Part shown: piece after piece, positions 1 to 4,748 of the stretch
Numbering within the stretch: the first letter of the stretch is position 1
How the letters are laid out: every line of letters starts with the position of its first letter
From: a virus
DNA: 5,967 nt
Virus record (IMG/VR): IMGVR_UViG_3300008226_000156
Reading direction: 5' to 3' (one strand)
Position numbers and translations under genes: made by a program
The notes under the pieces: model-generated
What the model was told of the DNA's origin: nothing
The model's input: only the letters and a program-made list of their open reading frames with translations
Databases searched by the model: none

Positions 1-123
1 CTAGTAAAACATTTTATGACCGTTTTAATTCATTAATAGAATGTGGTCTTTCAAAAAGTTTTATCATGGCCATAGAAAATAATTCTTCTAATGTTGTCCC
101 GTTAATTAGAGAAATTACAATTA
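1..123. repeat. Terminal direct repeat, left copy; identical to 5845-5967 (circular-genome overlap)
   Basis: Base-by-base reading: ctagtaaaacattttatgacc...gagaaattacaatta occurs at 1-123 and again at 5845-5967. The repeat lies inside one continuous reading frame, so it marks circular permutation or assembly overlap rather than an LTR or att site. Confidence 0.95.
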
Positions 124-248
124 ATTTTGGAAGCCAAACTCCTTCCGATTATGCCATACCTGAATTACGAATGGCTGCTGGCCTAGATGTATCACTTATG
201 GCAAAAATGAAAAATAAATCTGAACGCCCACAATTGAGAGCAATATAA
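1..248 (+). CDS. gII: 3' end of the gII-like replication initiator (wrap-around continuation of 4749-5967; stop TAA at 246-248)
   Basis: The reading frame is open from base 3 (bases 1-2 complete the codon begun at 5844). The track ORF 66-248 is only the last 60 codons, starting at an internal Met. The C-terminal text ...FYDRFNSLIECGLSKSFIMAIENNSSNVVPLIREITINFGSQTPSDY... parallels the gpII C-terminus. Confidence 0.9.
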   Translation, partial: SKTFYDRFNSLIECGLSKSFIMAIENNSSNVVPLIREITINFGSQTPSDYAIPELRMAAGLDVSLMAKMKNKSERPQLRAI

Positions 249-249
249 A

Positions 250-519
250 ATGTTTACTATCGACTGCATGAAAGATCACTCAGAAGTTCAAACTCGTGAA
301 TTCACGAAGAATAATGAAACTAAAAAAATGTACTCGCAAGATTTGTTTGCTCATCTTGGCGGGCCATTCCCACAAAAAATATCTGTATCAATCGAAGGGC
401 CAGAACATGCTCTAGAAATTGGTAAATACAAATTAACTCAAGAATCTTTTAAGGTCGGCCAGTACGATCGTTTAGAACTTGACGGATTCAACCTAGCTAA
501 AACATTAGTTAAGGCTTAA
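250..519 (+). CDS. gV: ssDNA-binding protein (Ff gpV-like), 89 aa
   Basis: Starts 2 nt after the gII stop. Its size matches gpV (87 aa). The segment KLTQESFKVGQYDRLELDGFNL resembles the M13 gpV segment HLSSFKVGQFGSLMIDRLRL. A GAGAG sequence lies upstream. Position immediately after gII/gX matches Ff. Confidence 0.85.
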   Translation: MFTIDCMKDHSEVQTREFTKNNETKKMYSQDLFAHLGGPFPQKISVSIEGPEHALEIGKYKLTQESFKVGQYDRLELDGFNLAKTLVKA

Positions 520-524
520 TAGTT

Positions 525-746
525 ATGAAATATTCTCCAATCTGTGACGGGAATATTATTGAAAATTCTGACGGTGCATTAGCGTGCTCGGGTAGTTGGT
601 TTACTCAACCTGCTTATGTTCCGTTTGATATGAATCAGATTGATCCTGTATTAGCAACCATGCTTTTTACGGGTGGCTTATTTCTGGTTTTCACCCCTTG
701 GATAACCGCTATTGGTTTTTCCTATATTTTAAAAATGATTAAGTAA
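525..746 (+). CDS. Small membrane protein of unknown function, 73 aa (in the g7p/g9p position; candidate minor virion or assembly protein)
   Basis: AAGG lies about 10 nt upstream of the ATG and the gene is tightly packed between gV and the coat gene. The polar N-terminal half carries Cys residues, followed by a long hydrophobic C-terminal stretch VLATMLFTGGLFLVFTPWITAIGFSYIL. I recognise no family. Confidence 0.55.
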   Translation: MKYSPICDGNIIENSDGALACSGSWFTQPAYVPFDMNQIDPVLATMLFTGGLFLVFTPWITAIGFSYILKMIK

Positions 747-757
747 GGATATTTATT

Positions 758-901
758 ATGGATGCTGCTGCCGTAACTGCTATGACTAGCGCTGTGGATT
801 TCGCAACAATTATCACTGGTATTGCTGCCGTTGCCGCTGTATTGGTTTTGCCAAAAGTTGCAATGAAAGGTGCTCGAATGGTACTTGGTATGATTCGTTA
901 A
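758..901 (+). CDS. gVIII: Major coat protein (g8p-type), 47 aa, with no cleavable signal peptide
   Basis: Not in the ORF track (too short). AAGGA at 745-749 sits 8 nt before ATG 758, and an in-frame TAA at 740-742 prevents any upstream extension. The translation MDAAAVTAMTSAVDFATIITGIAAVAAVLVLPKVAMKGARMVLGMIR has the typical inovirus coat layout: acidic N-terminus (D2, D14), one hydrophobic helix, basic C-terminus (K33, K37, R40, R47). A strong terminator follows. Confidence 0.8.
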   Translation: MDAAAVTAMTSAVDFATIITGIAAVAAVLVLPKVAMKGARMVLGMIR

Positions 902-924
902 TATTAACTTTTGTTAATAGGATT

Positions 925-952
925 GGGGGGCAGAAATGTCCTCCTTTTTTTT
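925..952 (+). terminator. Rho-independent terminator downstream of the major coat gene
   Basis: GGGGGGCA (925-932), GAAA loop (933-936), TGTCCTCC (937-944) form an 8-bp stem that includes two G-U pairs, followed by T8 (945-952). The position corresponds to the known Ff terminator after gene VIII. Confidence 0.75.
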
Positions 953-1033
953 ATGTTGGATTTATATTATTGGACGTTTTTTATAGCAGGTATTTTTTCA
1001 GGTTTTTTAGTTTGGAAAACTTTATCTAGCTAA
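953..1033 (+). CDS. Possible 26-aa hydrophobic peptide (g7p/g9p-sized); speculative
   Basis: ATG 953 to TAA 1031-1033 encodes MLDLYYWTFFIAGIFSGFLVWKTLSS, a single TM-like helix similar in size to the Ff g7p/g9p proteins (32-33 aa). No recognisable Shine-Dalgarno, and it starts inside the terminator T-tract. Confidence 0.2.
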   Translation: MLDLYYWTFFIAGIFSGFLVWKTLSS

Positions 1034-1063
1034 TAAAAATAAATTTAAAAAATGAATGCTCTC

Positions 1064-1080
1064 AGGCTTATTTTAAGCCT
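1064..1080 (+). other. Perfect 7-bp hairpin (AGGCTTA ttt TAAGCCT) in the gVIII-gIII intergenic region
   Basis: Read directly from the sequence. Function unknown; possibly an RNA processing or stability element, or a regulatory site. Confidence 0.4.
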
Positions 1081-1120
1081 ATATGAGGGGTATATTTTCA
1101 AACCCTAGTACTGCTATCGG

Positions 1121-1148
1121 TTAAAAGAGAACTCGATTTTAGTATATT
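1121..1148 (+). promoter_or_regulatory. Candidate sigma70 promoter for the gIII-gVI-gI block
   Basis: TTAAAA (1121-1126), a 16-nt spacer, then TATATT (1143-1148), about 20 nt upstream of ATG 1169. Ff also has a promoter after the gVIII terminator. This is a motif match only, in AT-rich DNA. Confidence 0.3.
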
Positions 1149-1168
1149 TTTTGATCAGGTTTTTTCTT

Positions 1169-2833
1169 ATGAAATTATTTTTAATTTTATTACCTTTACT
1201 TTTATTTTCAGAATTTAGTTATTCATCATTAAATTCTCCGCTTTCTGATTCTTGCCCCTATGGTTACAGGAATTCTGTAACATCTATTTTTGGTCAAAAA
1301 AGACCTGACGTTCCTTCATGCAAAGATTTATATGGCTGGGCTGAAACTGGTCCTGCTGGTTGGTCTACTACTAGTACTAACTTGTGTGTTCTCGAACAGG
1401 TTACTGCTTCTAATTGTGCTGATCCAGAAGATGATACAGAAAACACTGGTGGTTGTTATAAAGATGATCCAAGCGGATGCCCTTCCCTTAAAGACTGCAC
1501 AACTGCATCGGGCAATACATTTTCTTTATCTGAAAACAAAAATTGCTCTGATTACACTGAATCTAATGATCCAGCGATTTGCGGCGAATCTGCGGGTTTG
1601 ATTGTTTGTTTTGTTAATGATGGTGGTGCTGACGGTGGTGCTACTGATGGAACAACCTATACAGGTGGTGATGGTACGGGAAGTGAAGGTGGTGATGGTA
1701 CGGGTAGTGAAGGCGGTGGCGGTGGCGAAGGTGGCGGTGAAGATGATAGAACCACAAATGAAAATTCTTGCGGTATAGGTCAGATAGATGGGGATGCTGG
1801 ATGCGAGCCAATTCCAGATAATTGCGGTTATGTTAACGGTTCTTATCAATGTGCTAATCCAGAGCCTCCCAGTGGATGCGGAACTATTCAAGCACCGGGC
1901 GAATTACCGATAGAGGATTGTTTTGAGCAAGAGGAAAACTGCGGATGGTTTGGTGCTGCGGGTCAAGAAAAATATGGTTGCTTAGATGTTACCAATGATC
2001 CAACTTGTGAAGGTGGAATAATTATTAATGGTGTTTGTAATAATGAAGGTCAAGAGCCAACTAGTTGCCCATCTGGGTATAGTCTTGTAAATGGTGTGTG
2101 TGAGAATTATCAATCATGCCCTATCGGAACCTCTAAGAATTCTTTAACAAATGCTTGTGAAGCAGACGATTGTCCAACGGGTAAATATATGCACATGGGG
2201 CAATGCTTAACAATCCCCGAGCCTCCATCGGCTGAAACTGGTGGTGAAACTGGTGGTGAAAATCAACAACCCAATGAAGTTGATTTAAGTTCAGTTAATT
2301 CAAATCTTAATGAAATAAATAATTCTATAAAAATAGCGGATTCAAATAATGTTAATAAACTGACTCAGGTTAAAAATTCAGTTGATAGCGTAAAAACATC
2401 GGTTGATTCAGTTGGTGAAAAAGTCGATACAGCATCTACAACAAATTCAGAGAAATTAGACAAGCTTAACGATACTGTTTCTAAGATGAATTCATGCGAA
2501 GAGGATGGTGGGGCAAAAGATACATTGCTTTGTAATAAAACGACCGTCTCTATGGAACATACAGTTATTTTAAATACCACATCTGAAGTCATGACAGATT
2601 TTTATAATCGAATCTCTAATGCCCCCATTGCTCTAATGTTTACTGACTCATTCGAAATATTCAATCAAGATGGCCAGTGCTCTGATCTTGTGTTTGATCT
2701 ATCAGACGTTTTTGGGACTGTGATTAGATCAGATGCTCATTGTGTATTACTCGAAATGATACGAACCCCACTTGGTATTTTAATGATACTGGTTTTCTCG
2801 ATCGCTGGTATACGTGTAATAGGGACTGCTTAA
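1169..2833 (+). CDS. gIII: Minor coat / adsorption protein (g3p-like), 554 aa, cysteine-rich and multi-domain
   Basis: ATG 1169 gives a typical signal peptide, MKLFLILLPLLLFSEFSYSS; the track's start at 1151 is a TTG. It has a Cys-rich N-domain, a Gly-rich linker GGADGGATDG..GGDGTGSEGGDGTGSEGGGGGEGGGEDD (compare the GGGS/EGGGS linkers of Ff g3p), a second Cys-rich region, a short ETGGETGGE linker, a heptad-patterned segment, and a C-terminal membrane anchor TPLGILMILVFSIAGIRVIGTA. It lies between the coat gene and the g6p-position gene. Confidence 0.8.
   Translation: MKLFLILLPLLLFSEFSYSSLNSPLSDSCPYGYRNSVTSIFGQKRPDVPSCKDLYGWAETGPAGWSTTSTNLCVLEQVTASNCADPEDDTENTGGCYKDDPSGCPSLKDCTTASGNTFSLSENKNCSDYTESNDPAICGESAGLIVCFVNDGGADGGATDGTTYTGGDGTGSEGGDGTGSEGGGGGEGGGEDDRTTNENSCGIGQIDGDAGCEPIPDNCGYVNGSYQCANPEPPSGCGTIQAPGELPIEDCFEQEENCGWFGAAGQEKYGCLDVTNDPTCEGGIIINGVCNNEGQEPTSCPSGYSLVNGVCENYQSCPIGTSKNSLTNACEADDCPTGKYMHMGQCLTIPEPPSAETGGETGGENQQPNEVDLSSVNSNLNEINNSIKIADSNNVNKLTQVKNSVDSVKTSVDSVGEKVDTASTTNSEKLDKLNDTVSKMNSCEEDGGAKDTLLCNKTTVSMEHTVILNTTSEVMTDFYNRISNAPIALMFTDSFEIFNQDGQCSDLVFDLSDVFGTVIRSDAHCVLLEMIRTPLGILMILVFSIAGIRVIGTA
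1664..1741 (+). repeat. Coding tandem repeat: 24-bp unit x2 (1664-1687, 1688-1711; 1 mismatch), followed by a degenerate GGY-GGY-GAR tract
   Basis: ggtggtgatggtacgggaagtgaa / ggtggtgatggtacgggtagtgaa, then ggcggtggcggtggcgaaggtggcggtgaa. This encodes GGDGTGSE GGDGTGSE GGGGGEGGGE within the g3p linker. Confidence 0.9.
2234..2257 (+). repeat. Coding tandem repeat: 12 bp x2 (gaaactggtggt), encoding ETGG-ETGG (second g3p linker)
   Basis: Read directly from the sequence; the third unit is degenerate (gaaaatcaa). Confidence 0.85.
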
Positions 2834-2834
2834 T

Positions 2835-3140
2835 ATGACTACGCCAACAGTTCCAACACCTCAAGAATGCTCTTGGTATGACTATACATGCGGCTTTGAG
2901 TATTTAGTTAATGAGATTGAAGTAATTATTCTAGGTTTTTTTTATGACTTAATGAGTGCTTTAGCCAGTCTTTTTGAATCTATACCCGTGCCTGATTTTG
3001 TTTCTCAAATACCAACCTATCAGTTACCAGAATTCTTTTTATATTTAACTGATATTCTTCAAGTCTATGAGGGCTGCCAGATCGTAATGGGTGCTTATCT
3101 GATTAGATTCATAATTCGTCGTATTCCGTTCATAGGTTAA
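2835..3140 (+). CDS. Small hydrophobic minor coat protein candidate (g6p position), 101 aa
   Basis: Starts 2 nt after the gIII stop. Its size is near Ff g6p (112 aa). Hydrophobic segments are IEVIILGFFYDLMSALASLF and IVMGAYLIRFIIRRIPFIG. The gIII-gVI-gI order is conserved across inoviruses. The assignment rests on position and composition only. Confidence 0.6.
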   Translation: MTTPTVPTPQECSWYDYTCGFEYLVNEIEVIILGFFYDLMSALASLFESIPVPDFVSQIPTYQLPEFFLYLTDILQVYEGCQIVMGAYLIRFIIRRIPFIG

Positions 3141-3144
3141 TAAA

Positions 3145-4257
3145 ATGGCTATTAGTGCTTATGTCGGCTTGCCCGGCTCTGGTAAATCTTATGGGGTTGT
3201 TGAGAATGTAATTATTCCAGCTCTGAAAGAAGGTCAAACGGTCTTCACTAATATCCCGATGAAAACTGAGTACTGTTTTGAGAAATACGGTAACTCGGTC
3301 ATCCCCTTTGAAATATCTGAAATCATTGAAAATCCTAATTGGTGGACGGAAGTATTCGAAGCAGGGGCAATTTTAGTTATAGATGAGCTTTGGAGGTTGT
3401 GGGCCGCTGGGATCACCAGCAATAAGGCAAGAATGCAGGATAAAGAATTCTTAGCCGAACACCGTCACCTAGTTAACCAACACACGGGTAAATCTACGAG
3501 TATTTGTTTTGTAACTCAAGATTTAGCTCAGATTTCTAACTTTGCTAAGTTACTAGTTGATAAGACGTTTAAATCTACAAAATTAGATGCGGTGGGTGCT
3601 AATAATCGTTTCCGTGTCGATATTTATCAGGGCCAAGTCTCTGGTACTAATATTCCTGATAAAAGCTTAATAACTCAGAAATTCTGCAAATATGATAAAG
3701 ATGTTTATGCGGCTTATGTTTCACATACTAAATCAGAAATTGCGGGGGACGAATCCCGATCGGATGATAGATTCAATTTTCTAAAATCTAAGGCGTTTAA
3801 ATTCTTGGTGATAGCGTTATTCGTGCCAGCTTTTGTGGCTTATAAAGGTCTATCAGAAGTAAACGAAACATATTATAAAACTCCTGATCCAGTTGAAGTT
3901 GTGCCAGGGGAAAATGTTTATCCAGGGAATGAGATTGCAGTAAATACGGGGGCTGTAGCGGTGGCAATTCCTAAAGTAAGAAAGTTTACATTTTTAAGTG
4001 AGATTGACGACGTTTATATTAGCTTCAATATGGGTGCTTTTCCTGATCTTATCTATCAGTTAACAGTTGAAAACGACGGGGCTTATAATTCGGTGTTTAC
4101 TGCTGACCAGTTGGCACTTTTGGATTACTCGTTAACGCCTATTTCAACCTGTGCGGTTAGGGTTACAGGGCCAGATTTTGACAGCGTAGTTTTGTGTCGT
4201 TCTGCTAAAAAGGGACGTAATGCTATAGAAAGAGCTGTTAGCACAACCAGAGATTGA
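3145..4257 (+). CDS. gI: Assembly ATPase, Zot / gpI family, 370 aa
   Basis: N-terminal Walker A GLPGSGKS (nt 3166-3189), Walker B-like ILVIDELW, a single TM FKFLVIALFVPAFVAYKGL around residues 217-235, then a C-terminal domain of about 135 aa. This is the typical Zot/gpI architecture and gene position. Confidence 0.92.
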   Translation: MAISAYVGLPGSGKSYGVVENVIIPALKEGQTVFTNIPMKTEYCFEKYGNSVIPFEISEIIENPNWWTEVFEAGAILVIDELWRLWAAGITSNKARMQDKEFLAEHRHLVNQHTGKSTSICFVTQDLAQISNFAKLLVDKTFKSTKLDAVGANNRFRVDIYQGQVSGTNIPDKSLITQKFCKYDKDVYAAYVSHTKSEIAGDESRSDDRFNFLKSKAFKFLVIALFVPAFVAYKGLSEVNETYYKTPDPVEVVPGENVYPGNEIAVNTGAVAVAIPKVRKFTFLSEIDDVYISFNMGAFPDLIYQLTVENDGAYNSVFTADQLALLDYSLTPISTCAVRVTGPDFDSVVLCRSAKKGRNAIERAVSTTRD

Positions 4258-4487
4258 TATTGAGTAATCCCGTAGGGATAAATAACCGCTTTTGATCTAC
4301 TACCAAGGCATCACTATTTCGATGCCTCTCACGGGCGCATACGTCCTTCCTATCCATATCAATCCTAGCCCTGATTAACGCCTTTTGATTTTTGCTGTTA
4401 AGCATCTGCCCAAGCAAGCGACGGAGTCGCGGCTGGGTAGTGCTGTAGAACGTACTTAATGTTCTACTCTTGTGTGGTGGAGCACAA
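4258..4487. promoter_or_regulatory. Main intergenic region: structured and relatively GC-rich; presumed packaging signal and replication origins
   Basis: No credible ORF. Hairpins at 4267-4279 (ATCCC gta GGGAT), 4306-4327 (AGGCATC/GATGCCT, 8-nt loop), 4418-4430 (GCGAC gga GTCGC) and 4445-4467. My hand count gives about 52% GC over 4321-4440, against about 25% for bases 1-60. Confidence 0.7.
4445..4467 (+). promoter_or_regulatory. Predicted (+)-strand origin nick hairpin (Ff hairpin-D analogue)
   Basis: GTAGAAC [GTACTTAAT] GTTCTAC followed by TCTTGT. The f1 origin reads GAGTCCAC [GTTCTTTAATA] GTGGACTC TTGTTCC, with the gpII nick at CTTT^AATA. The loop is near-identical, the stem differs but remains complementary, and the 8-mer ACTCTTGT is shared. 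The orientation matches the coding (+) strand. Predicted nick between T4457 and A4458. Confidence 0.6.
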
Positions 4488-4688
4488 TTATTCGAGCTCT
4501 GCGAGCAGTTCAGCGGTTGTTTTGTTCAAAAAATGAGCAGCCTTTTCGAGCATTTCAAGATTTAATTTCTCTATCTCCCCGCTCTCTATTCTTGATATTG
4601 ATGCTCTCGTAGTTCCTGCTGCATCTGCTAATTCTTGACCTTCTAAACCAGCATCTCTTAAGTATTTTATTAATATCTTTGCTTTCAT
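4488..4688 (-). CDS. XRE/Cro-CI-type helix-turn-helix transcriptional regulator, 66 aa, divergent from gII
   Basis: MKAKILIKYLRDAGLEGQELADAAGTTRASISRIESGE... carries the HTH_3-like core (QELADAAGTTRASISRIESG). It is the only minus-strand gene, and its arrangement relative to the replication gene mirrors rstR/rstA of CTXphi. Confidence 0.8.
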   Translation of the reverse strand: MKAKILIKYLRDAGLEGQELADAAGTTRASISRIESGEIEKLNLEMLEKAAHFLNKTTAELLAELE

Positions 4689-4689
4689 A

Positions 4690-4719
4690 TTGATTTCTTA
4701 GTTATCGGAGTGTTACATT
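4690..4719 (+). promoter_or_regulatory. Candidate gII promoter overlapping the palindrome
   Basis: TTGATT (4690-4695), an 18-nt spacer, then an extended -10-like TGtTACATT (4711-4719). The -10 element lies within the left arm of the palindrome, consistent with repression by occlusion. Motif-level evidence only. Confidence 0.3.
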
Positions 4720-4728
4720 GGCGTAACA
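4711..4728. promoter_or_regulatory. 18-bp palindrome TGTTAC-attggc-GTAACA; candidate operator for the XRE regulator
   Basis: Perfect 6-bp inverted arms with a 6-bp spacer, centred in the 60-bp divergent region between the regulator start (4688) and the gII start (4749). Confidence 0.5.
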
Positions 4729-4748
4729 TCTTCACGGATTATGGAATA

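Noticed and set aside
1-123. The 123-bp terminal direct repeats as LTRs, att sites or transposon ends
   Set aside because: The repeat lies wholly inside the gII coding frame, and joining the two copies restores one uninterrupted gII homologue. That is the signature of a circular genome linearised with overlap.
66-248. Track ORF of 60 aa (MAIENNSS...) as an independent gene
   Set aside because: The frame is open upstream to base 3 and continues in phase from 4749-5967 across the circular junction. This is the C-terminal tail of gII/gX beginning at an internal Met.
936-1108. Other mini-ORFs in the spacer: 936-986 (MSSFFLCWIYIIGRFL) and 1052-1108 (MNALRLILSLYEGYIFKP)
   Set aside because: They are very short and lack an RBS. 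The first lies inside the terminator stem and the second spans the 1064-1080 hairpin. They are most likely chance ORFs.
1151-1168. TTG start at 1151 for the g3p-like gene, as in the ORF track
   Set aside because: ATG at 1169 yields a canonical signal peptide (MKLFLILLPLLLFSEF...). The TTG extension adds MIRFFL with no better ribosome-binding site.
1290-1601. 103-aa + strand ORF in an alternative frame inside gIII
   Set aside because: It lies entirely within the well-supported g3p frame. The Leu/Ile/Val-rich low-complexity translation is typical of off-frame reading, and it has no RBS or functional motif.
1664-1741. Tandem repeats as a CRISPR-like or satellite array
   Set aside because: The repeats are contiguous with no spacers, in frame, and encode the Gly-rich g3p linker.
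1526-1891. 121-aa minus-strand ORF antisense to gIII
   Set aside because: It is antisense to the Gly-rich repeat region (GGT/GGC read as ACC/GCC gives Thr/Ala runs). This is an artefact of repeat composition, and all other structural genes are on the + strand.
2365-2592. 75-aa minus-strand ORF antisense to the gIII coiled-coil region
   Set aside because: It lies within gIII, has no start context or motifs, and its low-complexity Ser/Val/Thr content mirrors the sense-strand periodic sequence.
3234-3422. 62-aa minus-strand ORF antisense to the Zot/gI ATPase domain
   Set aside because: It overlaps the most conserved part of gI (between Walker A and Walker B) and has no independent support.
3145-4257. 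g11p-like in-frame internal start within gI (as in Ff gene XI)
   Set aside because: No ATG lies between Met97 and Met296, so there is no internal Met just upstream of the TM segment (about residues 217-235), and no evident SD there.
4333-4360. Possible XerCD dif-like attP (GGGCGCATA resembles the XerC arm GTGCGCATA)
   Set aside because: The downstream sequence (cgtcct tcctatccatat) does not resemble the conserved XerD arm TTATGTTAAAT. I also found no inverted second site of the kind that forms the CTXphi attP hairpin. A genome search could still revive the idea.
4475-4503. tRNA 3'-end-like string on the minus strand (reverse complement reads ...CTCGAATAATTGTGCTCCACCA), as a possible tRNA-targeting attP
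   Set aside because: There is no complementary T-stem around the TTCGA-like loop, and no integrase is encoded. The stretch is better explained as the origin flank plus the end of the regulator gene.
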